Source: Candidatus Eiseniibacteriota bacterium (lineage in GTDB: Bacteria; Eisenbacteria; RBG-16-71-46; JABDJR01). From it: DNA of 64,000 bases. The translations under genes were made by a program, and so were the position numbers. Below the pieces are notes generated by a model. That model was not told the origin of the DNA, made no database searches, and saw only the letters and a program-made list of their open reading frames with translations. Below, piece after piece: positions 51,531 through 63,298 of the stretch (within the stretch, counting starts at the first letter, position 1; each line of letters begins with the position of its first letter). The stretch is from assembly GCA_963783375.1 (NCBI GenBank), contig CAWANH010000028.1, positions 320,001-384,000 on the forward strand, in the 5' to 3' direction.

Positions 51531-52744
51531 TCAGTGGGCGGTTCGGGATCGGGGGCCCTTGGGGGTCTCGGGACCGGGGCTCTCCGCGTCCTCGGCGCCG
51601 TCCGCCACGGTCTCCCAGAACCGGAGGCTCTCCTGGAGGAAACGCACGCCGGCGGTCGTGGAACCCACCGCGGCGGAACCGGCCTTCCCGGCCAGGCCGA
51701 AGATCTTCTCGAACAGCCCGGTGCCGAAACCCGCCACCCCGCGGGCCGCCCGCGACGTTCCCCGGGCCGCGCCGCCCAGCACGAGCTTCCGGGTCATGGT
51801 GGCCACGCGGTTGGCTCCCTGGCCGACCACCCCGCTCAGGAGCGTCGCCGCCTCGAGGGACGCGCTCCGCGCCACCGCCCGGCGGTCGCCTTCCAGGCGC
51901 ACCCCGCAGTACCGGCGCGCCAGCGCGCCGATCCGAAGGGTGAGGAACGCGTTGGCCGAGCCGTCGAGAAGGCTGGTCACCAGGAGGGACACCAGCGGGT
52001 CGGCTCCGGCCACCGGGATGAAGCCGGTGATGCCGGCGGTGACCGGCGCCCCCAGAACCGCCAGCACCTCGCTGTCCTGGATCTCTCCGGCCACGAACGC
52101 CGAGGCCCCGACGTTGGCATAGAGCGCCCAGAGTTCCCGGGGACGCGGGCGCTGGTAGTAGACCTCGGCCACCTCCTTCACCATGCGAAGCTGGGCGGAG
52201 ATGACGATGACCGAGTCGAGCCGTCCGCTCTGGGAGACCGCGGTGGCGGTGAAGACGGCGGCGGCGTGGCGGGCGACCACGTCCCGGGCCCGGCGGTCCA
52301 GGTGAGCCAGGGTCTTTTCGACCTCGGTCTCGAGAGGGCTCTTCGCCCGCGGTCCGTTCGGCTCGACCGGGGCCGGCACGCGGGCGGAATCCTTGTCCTC
52401 GAGCGCGGCCTCGAGACCGGCGAAACCGGGATAGCCGAGGCGGACCAGGGAATTCCCGGCCAGGCGGCGGGCGTAGCGCCGGACGAACTTCTCCCAGTCC
52501 GCGCCGTCGGGGTGCTGCGGGCGGACCAGGGCCCCGGGAAGCCGGAGGAGTCCTGGGCCACGGGGTAGATCACGAGCAGGGTGAGACCCGCCCCCAGGAG
52601 CACCAGCACCGCCGCCCCCAGGAGGGGATGGACGCCCGCGGCCTCGCGGTACACCACCAGCCCCGAGCCCACCATCCCCACCACGGCCAGGATGGCCAGG
52701 CCGGTGAGGGCGGGAAGGACGATGTTCCTGAGGGTGCGGATCAT
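51531..52744 (-). CDS. DUF697 (YcjF-like) membrane protein; frameshift at about 52552
   Basis: VFTATAVSQSGRLD...EVYYQRP and DGSANAFLTLRIG. Confidence 0.75.
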
Positions 52745-52890
52745 GGGGGAAGCATAGCGCACCGGAGGGTGGGCGCCGCCGGCCGGGGGGCGGGCGCTTG
52801 GGCGGGCCGGCGCAACCGGCGACGGCCGGCGCCCGGAGGCGGAGACTCTTGAGCCGTTGTCCCGCCCCGCGCGCGGCCGATCCTCCCGGC

Positions 52891-53505
52891 TCAGCCCTCG
52901 AACGCCTCCGGCGGCACCGTCCGGTAGGCGAAGGGGCCCCGGCCCCGGTCGTAGGCCACCGCGATCACCAGCCTGGCCAGCGCCTCGATCTCCTCCGCCC
53001 GGGCCAGCCCTCCCGCGTCCACCGGCTCGAACCCGGCGTCGGTGATGAGTTTCGCGGCGGTTCGTTTGGCCCCCTCGTCGTCACCGCAGAAGAAGAGGCT
53101 GGCCCGGCCGGGAGCCCTGGCCGCCGGTTCGAAGAGCTGGGAGAAGATGGTGTTGAACGCCTTCACCACGTGGGCCCCTCCGGCCTTGGCGGCGATCGTC
53201 TCCGCCCCCGAGCGCGGGAGATCCACGCCGAGATGGTTGGTGGCGTCGATCAGCACCTTCCCGGTGAGGTCCCCCATCTGCTTCAGGGCCTCGTCCACCG
53301 TGCTCCAGGGCGGGGAGAAGAGCACGGCGTCCGCGTCCCGGCAGGCCGCGGCCGGCTCCGCCGAACGCGCCCCGATCTCCTTCGCCTTCGCCTCGAGCCG
53401 GTCCGGATGCCGGCTGAAGCAGAGCGTCACCTCGTGACCCTTCCCCACCCATACCCTGGCCAGGCTCCCCCCGACCCGGCCCGATCCGACGACGGCGATC
53501 TTCAT
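52891..53505 (-). CDS. NADPH-dependent F420 reductase family oxidoreductase
   Basis: MKIAVVGSGRVG, IDATN, VVKAFNTI, CGDD and GFEPVDAG. Confidence 0.85.
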   Translation of the reverse strand: MKIAVVGSGRVGGSLARVWVGKGHEVTLCFSRHPDRLEAKAKEIGARSAEPAAACRDADAVLFSPPWSTVDEALKQMGDLTGKVLIDATNHLGVDLPRSGAETIAAKAGGAHVVKAFNTIFSQLFEPAARAPGRASLFFCGDDEGAKRTAAKLITDAGFEPVDAGGLARAEEIEALARLVIAVAYDRGRGPFAYRTVPPEAFEG

Positions 53506-54878
53506 GACGATTCCTTTCGATGCGATTGCCACTCCCACCAGGCCTGGACGGGAAGGAGGGCGAGAACCGGCACCACTTCCAGGCCCTTCATGAGCATACT
53601 TTCCCGCCAGGGTCCGCCGGCCCGGAAAAGCGGGAGCGGGGCGTAGGCCAGGAACACGGTGATCGTCCAGAGCCACCAGGCGGGCTGGCGGCAGAGCACC
53701 GCGGCGGGAAGGAGCCAGAGCACGTACCAGGGGTGGGCGACCGGCGAGACCAGGAGGAGCGCCCCCACCGTCCAGGCGTAGACCGACGGCAGGGGGCGGC
53801 GGAGCGCGATCGTGGTCAGCCAGACAACCCCGACGATGATCGCCCCCCAGAGCTTGGCCTGGCGGAGCGAGGGCTCGAGGGCGCCCGACTCGCGGAAGAG
53901 AAACGTGAACAGGAAGTCGTTGGCCCGCCACTTGGCCGCGAACACTCCGAGGCTCCCCAGCGCATCCACCCCGTGAAGCTGAAACGGCAGGTAGAGCGCG
54001 GCCACGATAACCGGCAGGAAGGCCCATCGCCACCTGAGCCGCGGGAGCAACGCGGGCAGCGCCACCCAGGGCAGGAACTTCACCAGCCCGGCCAGGGTGA
54101 GCGCGACCCCGCTCGCCGTCCAGCGCCGGGCCGCCCACGCGGCCAGGGCCGCGGCCACCAGGCAGAGACCCACCGAATCGGCGTGCCCGCTCCCCGCGAA
54201 CTCCACCACCACCAGCGGATGCCAGAGGTAGAGCGCGGCCCATGTCCGGGGCCGGCCGGTCGCGGCCAGCGCGCGCACCAGGAACCAACCGGTCCCCAGG
54301 TCGAAGAGCGTCGCCGCCACCTTCCAGGCGGTCACGGAATGGGAGATCGCGGTCACCGCGGCGAAGAGGAGCTGGAGGAGCGGCGGGTAGATGGTGGGGA
54401 TGTTCGAGTACGGGAGGCGCGCCCACAGGGCGTCGCGAAGCGCGGCCAGCTCGGGCGCGTTGGGCGCGTAGCGGTAGGGGTTGATCCCGTGAAGCAGGAC
54501 GTGCCCGTCCCAGAGGTAGCGGTAGAGATCGTCGCTCAGGGTCGGGGGGGTGGTGAGGACCAGCAGCCGGAACACGACCGCCCCCGCCCAGATGAGCGCC
54601 ATCAGGCGCCGTTCCGAGGCCTCGGCGGGCGGGCCGGAGGGCGCGGGCGAAGCGGACGCGAGCGGGACGGGTTCGGGGGGAACGCCGCGGCCGGGTCGAA
54701 GGGAGGCGTGCGGGCCGAACGCGGGGCGCGCCACCCCCCAGGCCGCGGCCAGATAGGCCACCATGAGGAGCGCGTACACCGAAGCGAAGCGAGTGAACTC
54801 GAGGCCCCAGTCGGGTATGGTGAGGGCCGTTCCGTAGAGGAGAACCATGGCCAGACCCGAGGGCAGAAGCCACCACAT
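53502..54878 (-). CDS. GT-C fold glycosyltransferase (GT87/DUF2029-like)
   Basis: LSDDLYRYLWDG, NPY..AP, PTIYPP, EFAGSGHAD and HPWY; start uncertain (54878 or 54848). Confidence 0.85.
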   Translation of the reverse strand: MWWLLPSGLAMVLLYGTALTIPDWGLEFTRFASVYALLMVAYLAAAWGVARPAFGPHASLRPGRGVPPEPVPLASASPAPSGPPAEASERRLMALIWAGAVVFRLLVLTTPPTLSDDLYRYLWDGHVLLHGINPYRYAPNAPELAALRDALWARLPYSNIPTIYPPLLQLLFAAVTAISHSVTAWKVAATLFDLGTGWFLVRALAATGRPRTWAALYLWHPLVVVEFAGSGHADSVGLCLVAAALAAWAARRWTASGVALTLAGLVKFLPWVALPALLPRLRWRWAFLPVIVAALYLPFQLHGVDALGSLGVFAAKWRANDFLFTFLFRESGALEPSLRQAKLWGAIIVGVVWLTTIALRRPLPSVYAWTVGALLLVSPVAHPWYVLWLLPAAVLCRQPAWWLWTITVFLAYAPLPLFRAGGPWRESMLMKGLEVVPVLALLPVQAWWEWQSHRKESS

Positions 54879-54888
54879 CCGGAGAACC

Positions 54889-56425
<1,537 letters not shown>

Positions 56426-56429
<4 letters not shown>

Positions 56430-57325
56430 GCGGGGCCGGTGGACCGGGGGCGGGCGGGTCAGGGGGAGCGGGCTCGGACTCCGGCGGACCCTTCCGCCCG
56501 GGAGCCGGCGGGCCGGAACCCACCGGCACGGCGCGGGATCCGTCCGGGTCGACCGGCCCGGCGACGGAAGGCGCGCGGCCGGCCGGCCCGGCGTTCGGCA
56601 TGTTCGCCAAGCCGCCCCGGCCCGGCGAGGTCAAGACGCGGCTCGTGCCGCCGTTGTCGCCGGAGGGGGCGGCCAGGCTCTACGCGGCGATGCTGGCCGA
56701 CACCGCCGTGGCGCTGGCCGGGGCGGGGGTGGCGTGGGGGGTCGTCTCCACCGACGTCGCAGCCCAGCGGGCGGCGTGGCCCGCGAATGCGCCCGAGCCG
56801 CAGTTCTGGTTGACGCAAACCGGCGCGGATCTCGGGGAGCGTATGTCCAACGCGATGGCGGAACTGATCGGCCGGGGGTATCCCGGTGCGGTGCTGGTGG
56901 GAAGCGACCATCCCGCGGTCGACGCCGAAACCTACCGGCAGGCCGCGGCGCTTCTCGGGTCACCGGCGAGAGGCGGCGTCGCCGCGGAGAAGGGCGCGGC
57001 GGCGGTCTTCGGCCTCGGCCCCGGCGAGGAACTGAACGTCGTGCTCGGACCGACCCACGACGGCGGGTACTACCTGATCGGGCTGACCCGGCCCAACCCC
57101 TCTCTCTTCGGCGGGATCGAGTGGAGCACGCCCAAGGTGCTGGAAGACACGCTGGAGCGTCTGATCGTGATGCGGCTCCAGGCGGCGATGCTCGGGGCCT
57201 GTTGGGACGTGGACCGCCCGGAAGACCTGGAGCGCCTGCGTTCATGGCTGGAGGCCAACGCGGACCGGCCCGAGCCGCCGTGCCATTTCACCCGGGAGGT
57301 GATGGGGTCGCTGCGTCGGGTTTGA
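56426..57325 (+). CDS. TIGR04282/DUF2064 family (CofC-like fold) transferase
   Basis: [42 protein letters not shown] and DVDRPEDL; GTGA overlap with the pyk stop. Confidence 0.88.
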
Positions 57326-57420
57326 GTTCCATCCCGCAGCCCGAGTGCCGGCGGCGCGCCCGGGGGAACACGGCCGGCGCGAGAGCCTGACCCCGACGCG
57401 CACGGGCCTGACCTCGGCGC

Positions 57421-58520
57421 GCGGGTCTTTATTGCGAACATGGCTTCCCCGGGGAAGCACGCCGGAGCTTTATTGCGAACCTGGTGTACCCGGGTGCAAG
57501 TCGGAGGGTCAAGAGGCGAATACCCGGGTACCCACCGCCGGCGCGCGGGCCTTTATTGCGAACATTGCTTCCCCGGGGAAGCACGCCGGAGCTTTATCGC
57601 GAACCTGGTGTACCCGGGTGCAACCCAGCGGTTCGCCATGGACCCGGGACCCCGGCGCGCACCAGGCCTTATTGCGAACATTGCTTCCCCGGGGAAGCAC
57701 GCCGGAGCTTTATTGCGAACCTGGTGTACCCGGGTGCAACCCAGGGGGTGGAGAGGCGAATACCCGGGTACCCGCCGCCGGCGCGCGGGTCTTTATTGCG
57801 AACATTGCTTCCCCGGGGAAGCACGCCGGAGCTTTATTGCGAACCTGGTGTACCCGGGTGCAACCCAGCGGTTCGCCATGGACCCGGGACCCCGGCGCGC
57901 ACCAGGCCTTATTGCGAACATTGCTTCCCCGGGGAAGCACGCCGGAGCTTTATCGCGAACCTGGTGTACCCGGGTGCAACCCAGGGGGTGGAGAGGCGAA
58001 TACCCGGGTACCCGCCGCCGGCGTGCAGGCCTTTATTGCGAACATTGCTTCCCCGGGGAAGCACGCCGGAGCTTTATTGCGAACCTGGTGTACCCGGGTG
58101 CAACCCAGCGGTTCGCCATGGACCCGGGACCCTAGCGCGTGCGGGGGGTCGCCCCGGAATTCACCCGGGTGTGCGCGCGGTTGGGTGCGCGGGGCCGAGC
58201 CCGAAGTCTGCCCGGAGCTGCCAACGCCACCGCGAGCCTTTTTGTTGCGAACCCTTCATTGCGAACATTGCTTCCCCGGGGAAGCACGGCCGGAGCTTTA
58301 TCGCGAACCTGGTGTACCCGGGTGCAACCCAGGGGGTGGAGAGGCGAATACCCGGGTACCCACCGCCGGCACGCGGGTCTTTATTGCGAACATTGCTTCC
58401 CCGGGGAAGCACGCCGGAGCTTTATCGCGAACCTGGTGTACCCGGGTGCAACCCGGCGGATCGCCATGGGCCCGGGACCCCGGCCCGCGCGGGGGGTCGC
58501 CCCGGAATTCACCCGGGTGT
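57421..58520. repeat. Hierarchical tandem array of 240-bp units made of 124- and 116-bp subunits; 8 copies of a 75-bp palindromic core
   Basis: Core CTTTATTGCGAACATTGCTTCCCCGGGGAAGCACGCCGGAGCTTTATYGCGAACCTGGTGTACCCGGGTGCAA; palindrome starts at 57442, 57566, 57682, 57806, 57922, 58046, 58269 and 58394. Confidence 0.95.
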
Positions 58521-58619
58521 TCGCGCGATTGTGGGTGCGGGACCGGCCCCGAACTTCACCCGGGACCCCGGCATGGCACCGCGAAGGAACCCACGCAATG
58601 CGGCAACCGGACGAGCTCT

Positions 58620-58758
58620 GGCCGGCCTTCACCCCCGCCGCCGACTTCACCCGGACTCCAGGCCATCGGGCCGGCCTTCACCCCCGCCGCCGACTTCACC
58701 CGGACTCCAGGCCAGCGGGCCGGCCTTCACCCCCGCCGCCGACTTCACCCGGACTCCA
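58620..58758. repeat. 49-bp tandem repeat, about 3 copies
   Basis: GCCGGCCTTCACCCCCGCCGCCGACTTCACCCGGACTCCA at 58621, 58670 and 58719. Confidence 0.9.
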
Positions 58759-59129
58759 CCACGGGCCGGCGGAACCCCCACCTCGACTTCACCCGGACCC
58801 CGGGCCGGCGGCCCGATTCCTGGCGCCACCACGGCCCCGGGAAACGCCGCCGCCGCCCCTCGACGCCCGCCCCCCCCGGCTACCCCGTTCTCCCACGCCC
58901 AACACCCGGCCCCTCAGTCCCCACCCCCGACCCCCCGGGCCCCTGGTCGCGCCCCCCCCCACGCCCCCGCCTGCCCCCGCCGGTCTCAAAAGAGCCTCAA
59001 TCTCTTGCGCCATAATATTTTATCCGCACTCACCCCGGCGGACCGTGTTGCCCCCAACCCCTCCGAGCCGGTATGATCTTCTGTCTTCGCGTCGGCCGCC
59101 ACCCTCGGCCCTCGGAACCCAATATCATC

Positions 59130-60512
59130 ATGAAACCCACCATCCTCCCGCGCGCCGAACACACCATCTCCCGCAAGCTCATCGACCCCGATGCGTTGAA
59201 GGTGATGTACCGGCTCCTGAACGCCGGTCACCGGGCCTACCTGGTGGGAGGGGGGGTGCGCGATCTGCTCCTCGGGCGGACCCCCAAGGACTACGACGTG
59301 GGCACCGACGCCCACCCCCACCAGATCCGGAAGCTCTTCCGGAACTGCCGCCTGGTCGGCCGGCGCTTCCGCCTCGCCCACATCCATTTCGGCGACAAGA
59401 TCATCGAGGTCTCGACCTTCCGCCGGCGGGCCGAATTCGACGAGAGCGAGAACGGCGACCGCCTCATCCGCTCCGACAACACCTTCGGCACCCCGGAGGA
59501 GGACGCGGTCCGGCGGGACTTCACCATCAACGGGCTCTTCTACGACCTGGAGACCTTCTCGGTCCTGGACTACGTGGGGGGGATCGACGATCTGAACCGG
59601 CGGATCATCCGCAGCATCGGCGACTCCAACGAGCGCATCCCCGAGGATCCCGTCCGCATCCTCCGCGCCATCAAGTTCGGCGCCCGGCTGGGTTTCGACA
59701 TCGATCCCGAGCTCTGGGCGGCCATGATCCGCTTCGCCGCCGACATCCACAAGTGCGCCAAGGCCAGGGTGCTGGAGGAGATCTACCGGCTGCTCCGGGG
59801 CGGCGCCGCCGGGGCCTCGTTCCAGCTCATCGAGGAGTCCGGGCTCATGCAGGAGCTCCTCCCCGAGGTCCACGAATACCTCCAGGACCAGAGCGAGGGG
59901 AGGCGCGACCGGAACCGCCTGTTCTGGCAGTACCTGAACATCCTGGACGAACTCAAGAAGGACGAGGTGGAGCTCTCCAACGCGCTCCTCCTGGGATCGA
60001 TCGCCGTCCACCTCACCGGGGTCGCGGTGGGGCAGGCGGACGACGTCCAACCCGGAGACCTCAACAAGCGCGTGGACGAGCTCAGCCACGAGTGGGTCTC
60101 GCGGCTCGGGGTAGCCCGCCGCGACCGGGAGCGCATGGCCCACATGCTCCGATCCCAGCCCCGCTTCACCCGCCCGCGGGGCCGCCGCTTCCGGCCCCGG
60201 AGCTTCGTGACCAAGCACTACTACCCCGACGCCGAGGCGCTGTTCGCCCTGGGAGTGCGAGCCACCGGGAAGGAACTCGACACCCTGTCCCGCTGGCAGG
60301 CGGTGCGGGAAGAGGCCGGCGGGGTGATCGAGGAAGCGACCCCCGAGTCGGGAGAACGCTCCCGGCGCCACCGCCGCCGGAGACGCCCCTCGAGCGCCGC
60401 CGCCGCCCCCGCCGAGGCCCCGGCAAACGAATCGAAGAGCGAGGGAGAGAAGAAGTCGAGCCGGAACCGCCGCCGCCGTCGACGCCGCCATCGCCGCCCC
60501 GCCACGTCCTAG
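59130..60512 (+). CDS. pcnB: Poly(A) polymerase I
   Basis: VGGGVRDLL, DYD, PAP-specific LVGRRFRLAHIHF, RRDFTIN, EDPVR and an Arg-rich tail. Confidence 0.92.
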   Translation: MKPTILPRAEHTISRKLIDPDALKVMYRLLNAGHRAYLVGGGVRDLLLGRTPKDYDVGTDAHPHQIRKLFRNCRLVGRRFRLAHIHFGDKIIEVSTFRRRAEFDESENGDRLIRSDNTFGTPEEDAVRRDFTINGLFYDLETFSVLDYVGGIDDLNRRIIRSIGDSNERIPEDPVRILRAIKFGARLGFDIDPELWAAMIRFAADIHKCAKARVLEEIYRLLRGGAAGASFQLIEESGLMQELLPEVHEYLQDQSEGRRDRNRLFWQYLNILDELKKDEVELSNALLLGSIAVHLTGVAVGQADDVQPGDLNKRVDELSHEWVSRLGVARRDRERMAHMLRSQPRFTRPRGRRFRPRSFVTKHYYPDAEALFALGVRATGKELDTLSRWQAVREEAGGVIEEATPESGERSRRHRRRRRPSSAAAAPAEAPANESKSEGEKKSSRNRRRRRRRHRRPATS

Positions 60513-60517
60513 GCCGC

Positions 60518-60632
60518 CCCACGACCCGCCGCGACTATCCCATGACCGAGCCCGACTACCCCACGACCCGCCGCGACCATCCCATGGCCGAGCCCGACTA
60601 CCCCATGACCGAGCCCGACTACCCCACGGCCG
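60518..60632. repeat. 21-bp tandem repeat (5+ copies, two variants) between convergent genes
   Basis: CCCACGACCCGCCGCGACYAT and CCCATGRCCGAGCCCGACTAC at 60518, 60539, 60560, 60581 and 60602. Confidence 0.88.
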
Positions 60633-62100
60633 ACAGCGTCTGGTCGATCAGCCCCGGCGGAAACACGCCGCCGGCCTCGAGCGCCGCGCGGTGATGAGCC
60701 AGGGCGGAAGCGGTCTGGGCCGCGCTCCTGGGGACCGCGGGCGCGGAACCCTTCCGGGCGGCCTCGGACCCGGATGCGGTGCGCTTCAATAGATCATCCA
60801 GGTCCTCGGTCTCACGCCCCAAAACCAGGGCCTGGGCGATCCCGGCCAGGAGAAGATGCGGGTGGGCGGAGCCGTCGGGAAGGCGGAACTCGATGGTCGG
60901 GGGAGCGACCGGCCGGCCGCCGTCGGTGAACGCGGTGATGGGGAGCCGGATCAGGGCCTGGCGGTCGAAGCGCCCCCAGACCACGGCGCTCGGCGCCTCC
61001 TTCCCCTGCCGGAGCCGGAGAAAGGAGCCCTTCCCCCGGTTCCCGAAGGCCATGAGCGCTCCCCCCATCTGGGCCAACCCGGCGATCAGCCACTGGGCGG
61101 AAGGGGCCAGGGAGCCGTCCGCGGCCACGCCCCCCGCGTGATCGCCGTTCACCACCGGGGACATGTGGAAGTGCAGCCCGTTCCCCGGATGACCTTCCTT
61201 CACGATCGGGTCGAAGGAACAGCGGTAGCCGTGGCGCCGGGCCAGGTTCTGGATCACCCAGCGGGTGAGGACCAGGGCGTCCGCCGCCCGCGGCAACGGC
61301 GCCAGTCCCAGCTCGATCTCGTGCTGTTCCCAGACCGTGCCGTCCTGCTCGCGACCGTCGATCACCCCGACCTCGCTGTGGCCGTACTTGACCGGCACCC
61401 CGATCTCGCCCAGGGCGACCAGGGCCTCCCGGCGGAGGGCTTCGCCGAACACGAAGGGCGCGGTGGCATGGTAGCCGCGGTCCTCGGGCCGGGCCGCGGT
61501 GTCCCCCGCCCCCACGTCCGCGCCCAGGAAGTACTCCACCTCGCCCAGGGCCCAGAGATCCACCCCGCACTCGGCCAGGACCCGTGCGTGGGCCTTGCGC
61601 ACCACGGTGTCCGGCGACTCGGGGAGCGGCTCCCCGTCCCGCCCGACGTGGCCGGAGAGGACGGCCAGGGTGGGAACCGGCGCGAAGGGATCGACGAACG
61701 CGGTCTGAAGCCGGGGGCGGAGCATGATGTCCGAAGCCCCGCTCTTGAGTCCGGCGAAGAGGCTCGATCCGTCGGCGCGTTCGCCTCCGGTCAGGATGTC
61801 CGTCAGATGGGCCTCGCCGGCCGGGACGAAGTCCAGGGTCTTGAGCCACCCGTCGCCCCCCACGTGCATCAGGCTCACCAGGCGGATTTCGTTCTCCTGG
61901 ACGAAGCGCACCAGGTCGTCGACCGTCCACTCGGTGCGCGGCTTGCCGAGCGCCCGTTCCAGGCGGCCGGCGGGAAGGTAACCCGAGGCCGGCCGGGACA
62001 CGGTTCCGCCGGCGGACGTCCTGAGGGCGTCCGCGTCGGGCTGAACCGCCACCGGGGTTTCTTCGTGCACGGTCTTTCCGGTCGGATCGAGAGTCTTCAT
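60619..62100 (-). CDS. Glutamine synthetase family protein
   Basis: DGSSLF, GEVEYF, HSEVG, QHEIE, GNGLHFH, RL..GKEAP, ALIRLP and IEFRLPD. Confidence 0.85.
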   Translation of the reverse strand: MKTLDPTGKTVHEETPVAVQPDADALRTSAGGTVSRPASGYLPAGRLERALGKPRTEWTVDDLVRFVQENEIRLVSLMHVGGDGWLKTLDFVPAGEAHLTDILTGGERADGSSLFAGLKSGASDIMLRPRLQTAFVDPFAPVPTLAVLSGHVGRDGEPLPESPDTVVRKAHARVLAECGVDLWALGEVEYFLGADVGAGDTAARPEDRGYHATAPFVFGEALRREALVALGEIGVPVKYGHSEVGVIDGREQDGTVWEQHEIELGLAPLPRAADALVLTRWVIQNLARRHGYRCSFDPIVKEGHPGNGLHFHMSPVVNGDHAGGVAADGSLAPSAQWLIAGLAQMGGALMAFGNRGKGSFLRLRQGKEAPSAVVWGRFDRQALIRLPITAFTDGGRPVAPPTIEFRLPDGSAHPHLLLAGIAQALVLGRETEDLDDLLKRTASGSEAARKGSAPAVPRSAAQTASALAHHRAALEAGGVFPPGLIDQTLSAVG

Positions 62101-62391
62101 CCCGCACCCCTTTCGAGCCGCCCCCCACGGGGCGACCCACCCGCCAACGGGCGGCGCCGGGCATTTCCGGCCGCGCCGACGCCGCGTCGATTCTGACAAC
62201 TCCCGCCGGGAATCGGGGGATACACATTACCGAAACCCGATATTGACCGAAATGGACGATTTCAAGCGGCGAACGCCTCCCGAGCCGCTCCCCAGAGGCC
62301 GGAGAGCCGGCCGGCGGAACCCCGTTCGACGGGGTTGCCGGTCTGGTAGGCTTCTCCGAGCACGTCGAACGGGGGAAGCGGGGATATCCGG

Positions 62392-63216
62392 ATGACCACG
62401 AGCAAGCGGCGGCCGCGCCCGGTGGCGGTGCCGCCGGAGTTCTTCAGGCAACTGGCGGAGCTGGCCGCGGAGCGAACCCCGCTGGTCCTGGTGACCGTGT
62501 CCGAGGCCTCGGGGAGCGCGCCGGGAAAGGCCGGGGCCAAGATGATCGTGACCGCCGGCGCCACCCACGGCACCGTCGGCGGCGGCCGGGTGGAGAAGGC
62601 GGCCATCGCCCGCGCCCGCGAGCTTCTGGGCGGGTTCAGCGAGCCCGAGATCCAGCGGGTCAACGTGGTGCAGGACCTGGGTATGTCCTGCGGGGGGAGC
62701 ATGAGCCTCATGTACGAAACGGTCACGCCGGCGCCTCGGCTGGTGATCTTCGGCGCCGGTCACATCTCCCAGCCCCTGGCCGCGGTGGCCGCGGTGGCCG
62801 GATTCGACGTCACCGTCTGCGATGAGCGCGCCGACTGGCTCACCGAGGAGCGCTTTCCCGACGCCCGGGAGCGGATCCTGGCCGGGTGGGACGACGTGGT
62901 GGACCGGGCGAAGCTCGACGGGCAGACCTTCGTGGCCTCGGTCTCCCCCGGCCACGCCTTCGACAAGGAGATCGTGAAGCGGGTGGCGGCCGGGGCGCCC
63001 CGGCCGCGCTACGTGGGGGTGATCGGGAGCCGGCGTAAGGCGGCGATCCTGAAGAAGGAGCTGGTCGCGGAAGGCATCGACCCCGCCTTCGTGGAGGCGC
63101 TTCACATTCCGATGGGATTCAACATCGGGGCGGTGGAACCGCGGGAGATCGCGGTTTCGGTGGTGGCGGAGCTGGTGGCCGAGCTTCGCGGGATGAATCG
63201 GGCGGAGGGCTGGTAG
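62392..63216 (+). CDS. xdhC: XdhC/CoxI family molybdoenzyme maturation factor
   Basis: GSAPGKAGAKM, GTVGGG, MSCGG, FGAGH, YVGVIGSRRK and PREIAVS. Confidence 0.9.
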   Translation: MTTSKRRPRPVAVPPEFFRQLAELAAERTPLVLVTVSEASGSAPGKAGAKMIVTAGATHGTVGGGRVEKAAIARARELLGGFSEPEIQRVNVVQDLGMSCGGSMSLMYETVTPAPRLVIFGAGHISQPLAAVAAVAGFDVTVCDERADWLTEERFPDARERILAGWDDVVDRAKLDGQTFVASVSPGHAFDKEIVKRVAAGAPRPRYVGVIGSRRKAAILKKELVAEGIDPAFVEALHIPMGFNIGAVEPREIAVSVVAELVAELRGMNRAEGW

Positions 63217-63298
63217 CCGTGCCCGCGGCGTTCACCGGGGCGCGCATGGATGCGCGCGCGCGCCGCCGGCGTCATCGCGCGGCGGGAGGACGGTAGCC

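Noticed and set aside
57421-58520. CRISPR array
   Set aside because: The core is about 75 bp, the intervening sequences alternate between two recurring types rather than being unique spacers, and there are no cas genes in the window.
57345-59076. Long ORFs across the repeat array (556, 231 and 530 aa), including YCEHC motifs
   Set aside because: All three plus frames are open and yield the same peptides shuffled between frames. This follows from a stop-free repeat, and the codon pattern is not gene-like.
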